A DNA stretch of 61,236 nucleotides, the filler included, from Platydemus manokwari (lineage: Eukaryota), in NCBI GenBank assembly GCA_037951405.1. It is 6 parts of 6 records of this genome, joined end to end, with 100 filler letters (N's around TTAATTAATTAA, not from the genome) between each part and the next. Parts side by side here need not be neighbours in the genome. Positions count along the whole stretch, not along the records: positions 8,929 to 19,891 come from JBBMOY011018857.1; positions 19,992 to 29,405 come from JBBMOY011234765.1; 4 more parts are not named here. One strand, 5' to 3'. Numbering within the stretch: position 1 is the first letter of the stretch; the number at the start of each line of letters is the position of its first letter. Of this stretch, positions 12,101 through 23,925 are shown piece after piece. Both the position numbers and the translations under genes were made by a program. The notes beneath the pieces are model-generated. The model was given only the letters and a program-made list of their open reading frames with translations. It was not told the origin of the DNA and ran no database searches.

Positions 12101-15100
12101 GACTGTCAAAAAGGGTTTTATCGTTAATATGCAATGTTGGTATTATTTGTCTTCTAAAATGTTTCGACGATTGGACAAGGACAGTTTCACAATGTATTCT
12201 GATGATGAAAGCAATTTGCAATTTTCAACATTCACACAATATCTTGCAGCGCCAATATTTTTGATGCTTCAAATCAAAGATGGAGTTTTGGTACTCGTGT
12301 GATATAATTTTCTTTTAATCTTCCCATCGATATTTGGTTTAGACAAAAACCAATTATAATAATATTTGGAAAATTTGGCAGCATCTCTATATCGATCTCA
12401 TTACCAAAGCTCAATTGATTCCAGATTTCAATAGCGGTGTTTGGTATGAATCGATCTTATCTCTATTAAAGAAGATTCTCCTGACAATGAAAGCAGAGGA
12501 TCCTTCGATGTTGGCATGTGTAAGTGTATTGATTGATAACCAATAATCATATAAGCATGAACATCGTCTCTATTTAGCCACTTGCGTTCAATATGGTTTG
12601 TCGCTGTTTACGATTGATCGTTTTGAGATCCAACGATAAAATTATGGATAATCATTCCACGTTTCGAGCTTTATTGATTGATTTATGTGATAATTTCCCT
12701 TCATTCTCCAATGAGAACATTAAATTGAACCACAAAGTCAGTTGTTGAGCAACTATATTTATTACGATGTGATTGTGTTTTTTATTGACAGAATTTGACT
12801 GGTGATGATGATGATGTAGATATTTTCGATGATTTTCCATCAACTCCCAATAGCAAATGGGCCAAATTGAAAATGCCATTAACCTCACATTTTCAATGTG
12901 ATCTCGATTCGAATTTAGATACATTCTTATCTTTGATGAAGGCTATCATAAGCGTATGTTAACCCGTTAATCTGTCAATGATCGATGAATTGATGAGTGT
13001 ATTTTTTTTATTAATTTTAGAGAATTGGTATCGATCGGACTTCTGTGCTTGACATTGTCACCAATATTCACCCTCAACTTGCTCTACTATCTGCTGTTAT
13101 TCATGATTACAAGCCAAGCTTTGATAATTTCTTTCGACCGACTCGTTCGAGGATTGTTTATGATGAAAATTTGTCTCAGGTAAATTTGTGAATGTTTCTC
13201 TGACTCTGAGTGTGTGTGCGTGTGTGTGTGCTCGATAGTAATTTATTGATTAATTTGTTATAATGAACTTTTATCGATAATTATTGTCTTGAATCGCTTG
13301 ATAGGAAATGATTAATAATCTTTTTTATAACATTGGCTTTTTTTTAGTTCGAACAATTCCTCATTCATTTTCTCAATCGCATTGAAATGACCTGTTTCAA
13401 ACAACCAAAAACAATGGATGTTGTAAACAAAATCACACCATTGCTTACTTATATATTCACATTCAAACCTGGAGTGTTATCGAGAAGTATGATACAGACT
13501 GCTATCAATTTCTGGAACGATTTAGCTTCTGGACCTGATAACAATTCATCAACGATTGAATATTCGGACGACTTTGTCCAGGTGCTCTGGAAGCTTAAGG
13601 CCACTCATAAAATGATTGAAATACCAGAAACAATGATGCAGAAAATTTCAGAAATGAAAGACAACAATTTCGAATTGACTCGTCAAGTTAGTTGATAATG
13701 ATTGGAATGAATTATTTCATGGATATCGATGTTGTCAGGACAGTCAGGCCAGTTTGGAAAAATTGAAAATTGTCCCAGTTGGCAGTTTTCTCAACAAATA
13801 TAATGGAAATGATAGTGTTCAGCTGACACCGACTAAATCTGTTGAGAATACTGACGGAAATCTCGTTTCACCATCGATTAGTTCCACAATAACACCCACC
13901 AAGCCTCAGAAATCACGACAGAAAAATAATCCAATCAAGGAATTTTCATCACCATCTCTTGATATCGTTAAAAAAGTTAACAGAAAACGTTCTTGTTTTG
14001 ATTTATCCAGAAAATCCAGTGATGCTGAGGTTAAGATTATCAATTAGATCACCATGGTTACTCATAAATTCATATCCGTTTAGTATGTCGTCATTCCACC
14101 GTCTAAAAACAAACGATTGCGCTTGACGGAACACCAAAAGGAATCATTTTTGGAGAAAAAGTATGATTGATTATATATAATCATTATATGATAATAATTA
14201 TATTTACATGTTGTATTATTAAAGATTTATTGTTAAATAATAATTATTCGAAAATATTTTATATTATTATTAAAAATTATCCAAATAAATTATTATAATT
14301 ATAAATTATTATTTCCAGCTAAATAATTATCAATTTTTTTACAATTTACAGAAACGAGTATAAGCCGGACTTATTTTCTCGATCCGATAGCATTGCATCC
14401 AAGATGAGCCTGATAAGCCAGGATTCCGAAACTAATTTGACTGATGCCAGGTTTGTCATTATAATTATTAATTATTATCATATAATTATTTTTAAAATGC
14501 CTTGCCATATATTCACAGTTATTAAATATTATCATTGAAATCTCATAAACATTATTTCTACCACGGAATTAATTAATAAGGCAAAACATCAAATGTGATG
14601 AATATATATTAGCAATGAATTATTAATGTCAAATGTGAAAATCAATAAAATTGGAGCATGATATTAAGATGATCATTGTTGTGTCAATATGAGCATATTG
14701 TTGAATGAAATCAATAAATGAATTCTAAAAGCACATATTAGTAAATATATGAATCATCAATGGAATAAAAATGTAGAATTGTTATCGATAAAAATAAGAT
14801 ATACGATGTAGTTTTAGAAATAATTAAATATGGATGTTAACATTTATATAGTATTGAAGCTATTATTATAAAGATGATGTTGATAACAGCCAGAAGTGAA
14901 TTATGTACCATGGCATTAGAATTCGAACGAAATCATAATTTTTGATGATTAATTTTGATTATTTTATAAGAGGGATTAATTTATTGTGAAACACATATAT
15001 CATATATTTTAAAAAGAATATGCTTAGTTGCTTGACTTAGTACCCATAGAGTCGAGTTTCGAGACTTAACTTAAGTGTGGATCTTATCGATATTATAGTA

Positions 15101-16924
15101 AAAATATAGATAAATATCGTTATCCTTGGAAATAGTAATATTATTCATATAACTAAGCCCATAATAATTATTATTATTGTCATCGCAATTATGGTTATAA
15201 TTATGAATATTATTATTAATATTCTTGTAGTTATTAAAATATAAATTCAGAGATTATTATAATAATTATAATTACGATTTATTTTTATTGTTAATAATTT
15301 TTTCACAAGAAATATTGATTTTATCACTCACAATGCCATAACCAATATTATTATTGTTTTATAATAAATGTCTATAATAAATAATGATTATTAAATATTT
15401 TACGTATTTATAAAGAATTTATAATTTATTTAATCGCTTCAATCATTTTTAATATAATTTTGATCTCTAACCCTATCTGAATAACTTGAACTAAACGAAA
15501 TAATCTAATAAATTATTATTCAGCACTGATGATTTATCATCGATTAACTTGAAAGGGACTACTGATATCGATGCAGTAATTTTTGCTTTCATTTAATCGA
15601 GTTTCCTCAATTTATAATTATAGACTGATTCAATATTAGATAAGAATTACACTCCACCTAAAATTTGTTCTCAAATTACATCAAAACTGAACGAAAGTTC
15701 CATTATCACGAATACGGAATCAATTGCATTGAGTGTTGACATTGATGACAAAGTCGATGAAACTGATATGATCAAAGAATCATCCAATATTGATAATAAA
15801 GAGAATCAGGACATTTCAACTAATCAAATTAAAGATTCTCCATCGCCGACTAAGGCATCCGACGTTTTGATATGCAACAATGAAAGTATATCGGAAAATA
15901 AAATCGAGAACAAATCTACAAAAGAAGTTTCACCTGTTATCGTTAATGACGATGATAAATCATCGAAAATGAATATTCCAATAAAATTATCGCCTAGGCA
16001 ACCATTGAACAGTTATTTGTCACCATTGCCAGGAGTATTGAAAACATTTCCATTACGAAATATCACTCCTACATCAAGTCCAATAAGTATCTTTATTACC
16101 AACTCGTCGAATATTTCTATAAATTTTCCTTTTAGCCAGCTCTACCAGTAAGCGAACACAACGTCTCGTCCAATTAGCTCTTGACAATCAAATCAAGAAA
16201 GAAAAAACCGTGAAATTGCCAGTTATTCGAGAAAATGAAGGTGAGCTTATAATTTAAATATCTATTTTTATTAAGTAATTATATAATAATATCTGTTTGA
16301 AATATAATTATCTTATATAATCAAGTATATTTTATATTTTATTTATGTTTAGTGTAAATATTTGTATATTTTCTGATCGATTTTTGTATTGATTAAATAT
16401 TTTTACACATTGATTGATTGATTTTGTTAGAACCACCTAAACAAGGGGGTATCATTCGTCATTTATTGTCACAGAGCAAGAAAAGTGCCAGAGTTTCGTT
16501 TAACATTCCAATAGATGATTCCAATGACCGAGATGAATCCAATGGCAACGAGAACATTGAATCGATAAATGATGATGGAAATTACATGCCTCATTTCTTA
16601 TCGCCCATTCCAGAAAAGTGGGTTCAGCGGCTTTGTCAAAAGCAGTAATTTTCTTATTTCTCTTCATTCAGAGCTCAGGAAAGCGCATCGATTATTTCGC
16701 GACAGTTTTGTGTTGATCTTAACAAGTCATTGTTAGACGAAGGTAATTCGCCCACAGAAATTCCGGAAACTTTAGCCATCTCTGATTGTATTGTCGTTGA
16801 TAAATCAAAAAATTCGTTTGTTGATGCCATGGAAATAATGGAAAACCTTTTTGCCACAAAATCCGAAGAAGAGAAGAAAGAGATGCTTAGAGAACTGTGC
16901 AAATTTATAGGAAAGCAAATATAA
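9168..16924 (+). CDS. RIF1: Telomere-associated / replication timing regulatory factor RIF1 orthologue, multi-exon (about 25 exons, ~1400 aa, possibly 5' partial)
   Basis: GT-AG exons, phase-consistent where checked, give motifs I recognise from metazoan Rif1: IVRLHFWWRFI, NIWKIWQHLY, PNSKWAKLKMPL, KITPLLTYIF...AINFWN, YVVIPP...LTEHQKE, then a low-complexity SP/TP-rich region, SPLPGVLK (SILK-like) and KSARVSF (PP1 RVxF). Stop TAA at 16922-16924. Confidence 0.82.
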
Positions 16925-18458
16925 TATTAGATATTTATTGGTATAGATGTAATTGTAAATATATGTTTGGGTTTTTATCTTTATTTTTCGTTATTGGCTT
17001 AAATACACTCGAAATCGGTTGAAGAGATTTTTAAAAAAACTTCAGAGATGGTGCTTTTAAATTGATTGTATAGGTCAGTTTATTGATTTTTAACAAAAGT
17101 GATGACTGGTGGGAAAATAATTTGGTGAGAACGCTCTGTATCGTTTTGTTAATCTCAAATTTTAAATTGTAATATTTTTCTGTTGATGATATTTTTTCAA
17201 TTGATTTAAATCACGTTACATGAAAAGTTCTTCAGTTGATGGTAAGAATTAATAAATAACTAAAATTAAATGAAAATTTTGTTACGAAAACGTCTTAATG
17301 TCATGTTATACGACGATATAAGAACTATAATAATATAAAATTTTTAAGAACGATGTTATTCTAATTCTAAGAAAGATGCCATTCTGATAGTATCTCAAAG
17401 TTGCTAAATTACAATTATCTAAATAAATTAAAATAAAGAGAAAACCAAATTTAATATCCAAAATTAAACTAGAAATGTGTAGTATAGAAATAAAAATTAT
17501 ATTTTAATAAATACTAAAACTAATAACAAATTGAAAAAATTTAATGCAAATACAAAACAAGCGGGAACATGAAAATTAATTCAATTGTTTTAATAGATCA
17601 ATTTTTCAAAAAAGCAACGCCAAAGCATAAATAGAAACCTTATTACCAAAAATAAAAATGGAAGTAAAATATAAATAGCCAATAAACTGAACAAAAGTAT
17701 CAAAATTACTTATAATGTATTTTAATTTAACGTTCATGACGCACATTTTGAAAATAATCAAAAACGAAAGCTACGATTAGAAACTAGCGAAATGTCCAGG
17801 AAACTTTAGCCTTTTATTATTTAAACATTTATGGGATCCATTCAACAAAAACAAGTAAGTGAATCAGAAAGTTGTAAATAATTTAAATCTAATAAGCGTC
17901 TTCGATCTGTTTCTGATTGATGAAACAAGAGTTGTGTAGAAAAATAATAATACTGAAGGACTGTGGTAAAAAGATGTCTTAGTGTAGTATACAATGAACT
18001 TTTGCGATATAAAAATAAAAAAAAACGGATATGATGTTGATTTGAAAAATGTATAATATCTTATAATTTTAACATGAAAAATTTTATCAAGGTTTTCGTT
18101 TAAAAAAAAAACTTCATTTGTTTATAAGTCGTTATGTTTCTCCAATAAAATTATTTGCTTTCAACCCTGTCGTTTCGTATTATTTACAAAAAATCGATTA
18201 TTTATTTTGAAAATATAATCCTAATGTAGAAATTGGTTCCAACAATATTAGTAAAATATTTCTCGATACGTACCTAATGTCAAAATTGTAACTTTGTCGA
18301 TGACATTAATTTTATTAATTCAATTTTATAAAACAAGCCTCTTCCAAAAATATGATAATTGAAATGATATTTACCACAAAAAATTATTCAGTACATTTTA
18401 TGAATTTTTATACCCTAAACCAAATCGCAAAGAATTTTCAAAAGATTGTAGATTTAAA

Positions 18459-19384
18459 TTACTCAGCATCTGTAAAAGACAACGCTAAAGACAAAAATTC
18501 TACTTGATTTATTTTCAGCACTTAATTCCTAAAAAATCTCATTTAAAACTCATTACAGTCTTAGTTTAAAATCTTTTATGTGACACTTGGTACAGTACTA
18601 GATTGAAAAGAGTTACTGTTTTTATCAAATTTATTCCCCAGAGATTTTAGGGAAGCATTTTTCTGATTAATATTTCCTATGCAAATTCTTCCCAAACGTG
18701 ATTCAGCAAACACATTGGTATATGTTTTATCTTTTAGCATTTCCTTATCTTTTAGATCTTCAATAATAGGTTTTGGTAATTTACGCATAAATTCCAAAGT
18801 TGCAAAAGGTTTTTCTGAATTACTTGATAGCTTAGATATATCAGTGTTATCTTGAACCATCGTAGTATCTTTAGATTTATTTTTATCATCACTAATCGAA
18901 TTGAGAACACTGATCGTTTCAAGATCTTCCCACCAACTATCTTCTGACACAAATGAATCCAGATTGGGATACATGAATTTCAGTTGAGATTCATTTTTGC
19001 TCTCTTCTTCAATATGTTTTGGGATACTTTTCTCTTTTTCTTTTTCGGTTTTCTTTTTTGATTTCAATCTTGGTTTGGTAAAATTGACACTAGCTTTCAT
19101 CGACAAAGAGGGACTTTCAACTTTTTTTGTCAATTCAAAGATGCTTTCCTTTGATAAAATAGGGCAATCATTGTTGATATTTATGATGTTGGGATTCTCT
19201 ATAATTTTAGAAAATAATTCCTCCGATTCTTCTTCAATTAAAGGTTTTTCAATTTCAGATGATTCGTCAATGATATAAGGACTATCAAGATGCTTATCCA
19301 CATTTAGTAGTTTTAAAGGATAGCAGTGTTTTTCTAAATATGTTTGAGATGGTTTGTGAATTATTGTGAAGTTTCCCATATCTC
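18459..19384 (-). CDS. Hypothetical protein, 3' exons of a multi-exon gene (5' exons unresolved)
   Basis: An 800-nt open frame (267 aa, S/K/E-rich) is unlikely by chance at this AT content. It has a TTTTAG acceptor at ~19385 and two small downstream exons (ELSAENKS / NAE*) ending at a TAA at 18459-18461. No recognisable domain. Confidence 0.6.
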
Positions 19385-19851
19385 TAAAACAAATAACAAT
19401 TAAATTTCATAAATTTAAGCTTAAAATGAGGGAATGAAATCTGCCAATCACTTTCCTTTGGTTTTTAGTTTGATTTTGCAAATAAAACCTGCTATGAAAA
19501 TCTTTCGAATCTTGGAATAATTTTGTAGTAAAAATTATTCAATATCCAGAAATCTTTGCTAAACTTCACCTGTAAACTTCACCTTGGTTGATAAAGCACA
19601 ACCACTGTAAGATAATTTCGAAGTATTTACTTTTTGTAATTATTTAAAATCATGAACTCGTATTCATAGATAGCCTCTGGACCTATGATAGGTCGGAAAA
19701 ATAAAAAATATATATACTGTGATCATCTAAATATGACCAAAACCAAAATGAATAAACAATATTTCAAAAATTTTGGACCGAAATTTGTGTCACTTAGTTA
19801 AAGGCATACGCTAGGGACTCCGAATATTTAAAACACAAATGCCTAGCTTTA

Positions 19852-19858
<7 letters not shown>

Positions 19859-19882
<24 letters not shown>
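19859..19882. repeat. (CA)n microsatellite at contig end
   Basis: About 12 CA units just before the spacer. Confidence 0.9.
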
Positions 19883-19883
<1 letters not shown>

Positions 19884-19891
19884 CGTACGCG

Positions 19892-19991
19892 NNNNNNNNN
19901 NNNNNNNNNNNNNNNNNNNNNNNNNNNNNNNNNNNTTAATTAATTAANNNNNNNNNNNNNNNNNNNNNNNNNNNNNNNNNNNNNNNNNNNN
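19892..19991. other. Artificial contig spacer
   Basis: N44-TTAATTAATTAA-N44. Confidence 0.98.
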
Positions 19992-22900
19992 ATAATTATA
20001 ATAATTATTTATATTTTCTGGCCATCATTAATTTCCATAAATATAAAATAATAAATAAATTAAAAAAATAATTTTTTTTAGTGGCTCAATCTTTTCGACG
20101 CATCATTGAAATTGTATTGAGCTGTTATCGGATAATTCGCTCATGATTTGGTGATTTTCAAAAATCATCTGCTACTTCATTTGGTATTATGATAGGCAAA
20201 AAACAAAAATTTCATGAATGAATTCATTGTCGATTTTCATAATTATTTGTGATAATTTAATAAACTTCATGATCAAATAGAATTTGAGCTCGGTCTCTAT
20301 CGTATAAATTTCATTATCCTTTTTTGTCTTTTTCACCGATAGGCGATTTATTATCAGAATCGATTTCAAATATTCGTTCAGTATATTTAGTCCTACAAAC
20401 CACGTCCATTTTTGAATTATGTAGATATGAAGATCCAGTTACCATATTTAATCAGTACGGATCATTTGTTGTAAAATTAATTGTTTGATATATATATTTT
20501 AAAATTAATTTTTGACCTTTAAATAATAATATAAAAGTTATTATTAATATCAGTTATAATAATCATATTAATTTTTAATAATAATAATTTATAATAATAA
20601 TTGTAGTTTAACTTATTATCATTAATTATTATTACTTTTAAAATTATAGCATTATTATTTTTATTTATAATTCTTTTTGTAGGTTAAATCTTTTCTATAT
20701 TAAAGATTTCTAAAATTTGGTGCCGGTGTTTTCTGTATAAAACATTCTCATAAAATAGTTCAATATTGATATTTTGCATTGGATAAAATGAAACTGAATG
20801 AAAAATTTAAAATTCCAAAAAGCATATCAGAAGAGTTTGTAATAGATTTAAGCTCTAAAACTTATGAAAAGTCATGCTTTCAAGTCTATGGGAATCAAAA
20901 TGTTAAAGTTGCTGTCATTTAATCTATTTTTGCTGAAAACACGTCAAACTGAGTATCGGATGAGTAAAGCTCGTTTGACTGGTTTTGAAATGATATGTTA
21001 TGTTATCTGCAAACAATATGATGTCATCCTGCTGTGAGTTAGTCGAACACATCATTATTTTCCATTCGCGAATCAGATTAATTTTAAAGTTTATTAGTAA
21101 TAAAATCTCATTATGAGTTAATGTTAGCTGTGCGTTTGTGATTAAGAACATCTTAGAATATAAAAACTCATTAATAACATAAAAATTATTAAGAAAAATC
21201 AACACCACAATACATATAATGTTCCCAAGAAAATTGTGATTATTTAATTATGATTTCATTAAATTCTATAATTCAACGGAAATAAGTTTATTTAAAAATG
21301 CATTCTTATTAGTTTATAAAAATATAAATTTTAAACAAAGAATATATAAAATGAATTTCCTTAAGTGAAATTAACCCATTTTATTTTAATCGCATGGTAG
21401 TGCTATAATTAAATTCTATCATTTAGATTTAATTATAATTTAATTAACAATTTATTTAATATCGTTGAAGAAATTTACAATTTGTTTACTCAGATTCCGT
21501 CAATAATTTATACTAAAATTGAATTTTCTCATCAAATTAAAATTATATTAGCAAAATTTCCACAACATTTCTGTTAGAAATCTTTAAATTACACTTTAGC
21601 AGTGGTTTCATTCTAATGATGTAAATTATAAAATATAAATTTAATAATAGGAAGAGAGAAAATTTCGTTTTATATATTTCCTTTGAATCATATTAAGTAA
21701 ATAATTATTATTCTATTTGTTTTTCTTAATCATTTGCTTGAAAATTTGTTTTAAAATTTCATAAAATTTCTGATAGGTTTTCTAAAAATAAAATTAATTA
21801 GTTTTATATTATTAATAATATTATAATCGTTGTGCAAATTCATGAATAAATATAGCAGTCCGCAAATTCATCAGTGATTCTTTGTCGAAAAGTTTTGAAC
21901 TATCAAAACCCCTGGTCTATTCTGTTGGGTAGAGCGTAACAATTACTCACTAGATCTTATCTATTTGATTCCAAAAAGATAGTAGAACATTAAGATTTAT
22001 TTATAATACAGCTTTGCAACCGTTTGTTAAAATCACAACAGCTCAATCAAGGGTTCAACCTTTAAATTCAAGTTCACAATAAATCAAAGAACCTGGCCGC
22101 TCACAAATTTGCTCTACCGGTCGAGGATCTACTCCTGGCTTATATTACAAATTTAGCGTGTGCGACAAACATTCATGGACGTGCTACTCTAGCTTTCCTA
22201 TTATACCGATATTCGGGAGCGATTTCTACGAATATCCTACAATTGAAATTTATGCTTAACCAAATATTCGGGAAATAATTTCACCGTAAAAGAAATATTA
22301 AATAATAAATAACTAACCCGACTTCGTTTTGAATGACTTTTCCTGATGAAATCTTTCTTCGCAAAATGTTCTAATTGCAATCAATAATCTTGAATTTCTT
22401 CTGCTTTCTAGCTGCTTATGTAAATCTAATAACTGGCTGAAATAATGGCAGTCAGCTACTGAGTGCTTTCATTTTTATCCCGCAACACTTTGCAGTAAAC
22501 TCATGCTGGTTTACCACAAATTGATGTGTATCTGTCCTGTGATCGGTCGTAACCCTTTCGCTGATTAACTATTTTCCAGTCAAGCCAAATTGTATTTTCT
22601 CACCAACCTCACAGTATTATATTAAACAATTATTTTGTATCGAGATCACTTATCTCTGCATATTACAGAAACCACATTCGTGTTATTAGATTTAAAAGTC
22701 AAATCCAGATCAAAGAAATATCAATGGAAATATATTAAAGAAATTCTAATGAATTTGAATTGAATCAAATAATAAAATAAATTTTAAAATTTCTTATCAG
22801 AATTCTATTTATATTTCTTTAATTTGTTTTTATGACTTGGACGTTATTTATTAAACAAGTATGTCATATGAAAGATAACTAATATGTAATTCTATTTTAA

Positions 22901-23714
22901 AAAATCTTATAACAATAAATCTTATTAATTATTATGAAACCTATGGAGAACTCTCAATAATAATGAAGTTTGATTTATATATAAGATGGTGCTTCTTCAT
23001 ATTTTGTTTTCATTTATTTTGTTGTAGAGACAAATTGTTTTGATAGACATTATTGGCAGGCCAGAAACTCGGGTTTATAACCTTGGAAATTTTTACTTTA
23101 AGCTTGGTTTAAAGAACGAATCCAGCTTCCATAATAAAGTTTGGTTAATTTCATTGCCAATAAGCATGAGAAACTGCTGACAAAAATTTTTGAATAACAC
23201 TCAATCTTATAATATCTACTTTTTAATTGCAAACATTTTATTTAGAATATGAATGGCTATATTTTTAAAATGGATAATTTCTATTGAACATTATTATTTA
23301 CCGAACCTAGTAATTTTATCAGTTTCCAAGACTCCAAGATATCGACTCAACATTTTATTGGGAATAAATGCAGTTCGAGGAGTTTCAAATTTGAACTCTG
23401 AACTCTCACTAAAAACCATGACTCGTAATTGCAAAGCAATATCAATGAAGCGTTGAATAAAAAAAGAGAACCCATAAATTAATAAGGCAGTCTTTTATGA
23501 CAACAAAATGAAATAAGTTGTAAATATTAGGCTTATTGTTTCAAGAATTAATTAATTTTTTTTAATAACTTTTTTAATATTTTATAAAAGGAAAAAGTAA
23601 ATTTGATTTTAAAATCAACTAAAGAATCGTTAAATAAAATATAATAAGAACAATTAACAAAGAAGAGAATAAATAAAAAAATAAATTTCTTTTAGCAAGC
23701 GAAGCTCTAAAAAT

Positions 23715-23925
23715 ATAGTAAGGCTTCTACCAATGTACAGAGATCACTTTCATTCAAATATGTGAGTACAATTTCCTTTTATTCGTTGGAGTTTATTTTT
23801 AGTTCAGAAAAGCAGCTATGGGGCAGTCAATTTTCGATAGATTTTTATTTGTTCAAAATATTTTTGAGATAATAAAACAGTCTTACACCTGTCAGCCTTA
23901 TCCTGTTTTAATGGTTTGTTCACAA
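23715..23925 (-). mobile_element. Possible highly deleted Penelope-like element remnant
   Basis: Minus strand KADRCKTVLLSQKYF...IYRKLTAP (resembles PLE KADKG..V....Y...YKKL..DP), then NCTHIFE*K*SLYIGRS (resembles GIY-YIG C.C..YIGRT). Confidence 0.3.

Noticed and set aside
18997-19278. Short ORF-track entries such as 18997-19278, 32327-32647, 36273-36536 and 53288-53569
   Set aside because: Antisense shadows of real exons or TE frames. Most other 60-100 aa ORFs fit chance in AT-rich DNA.
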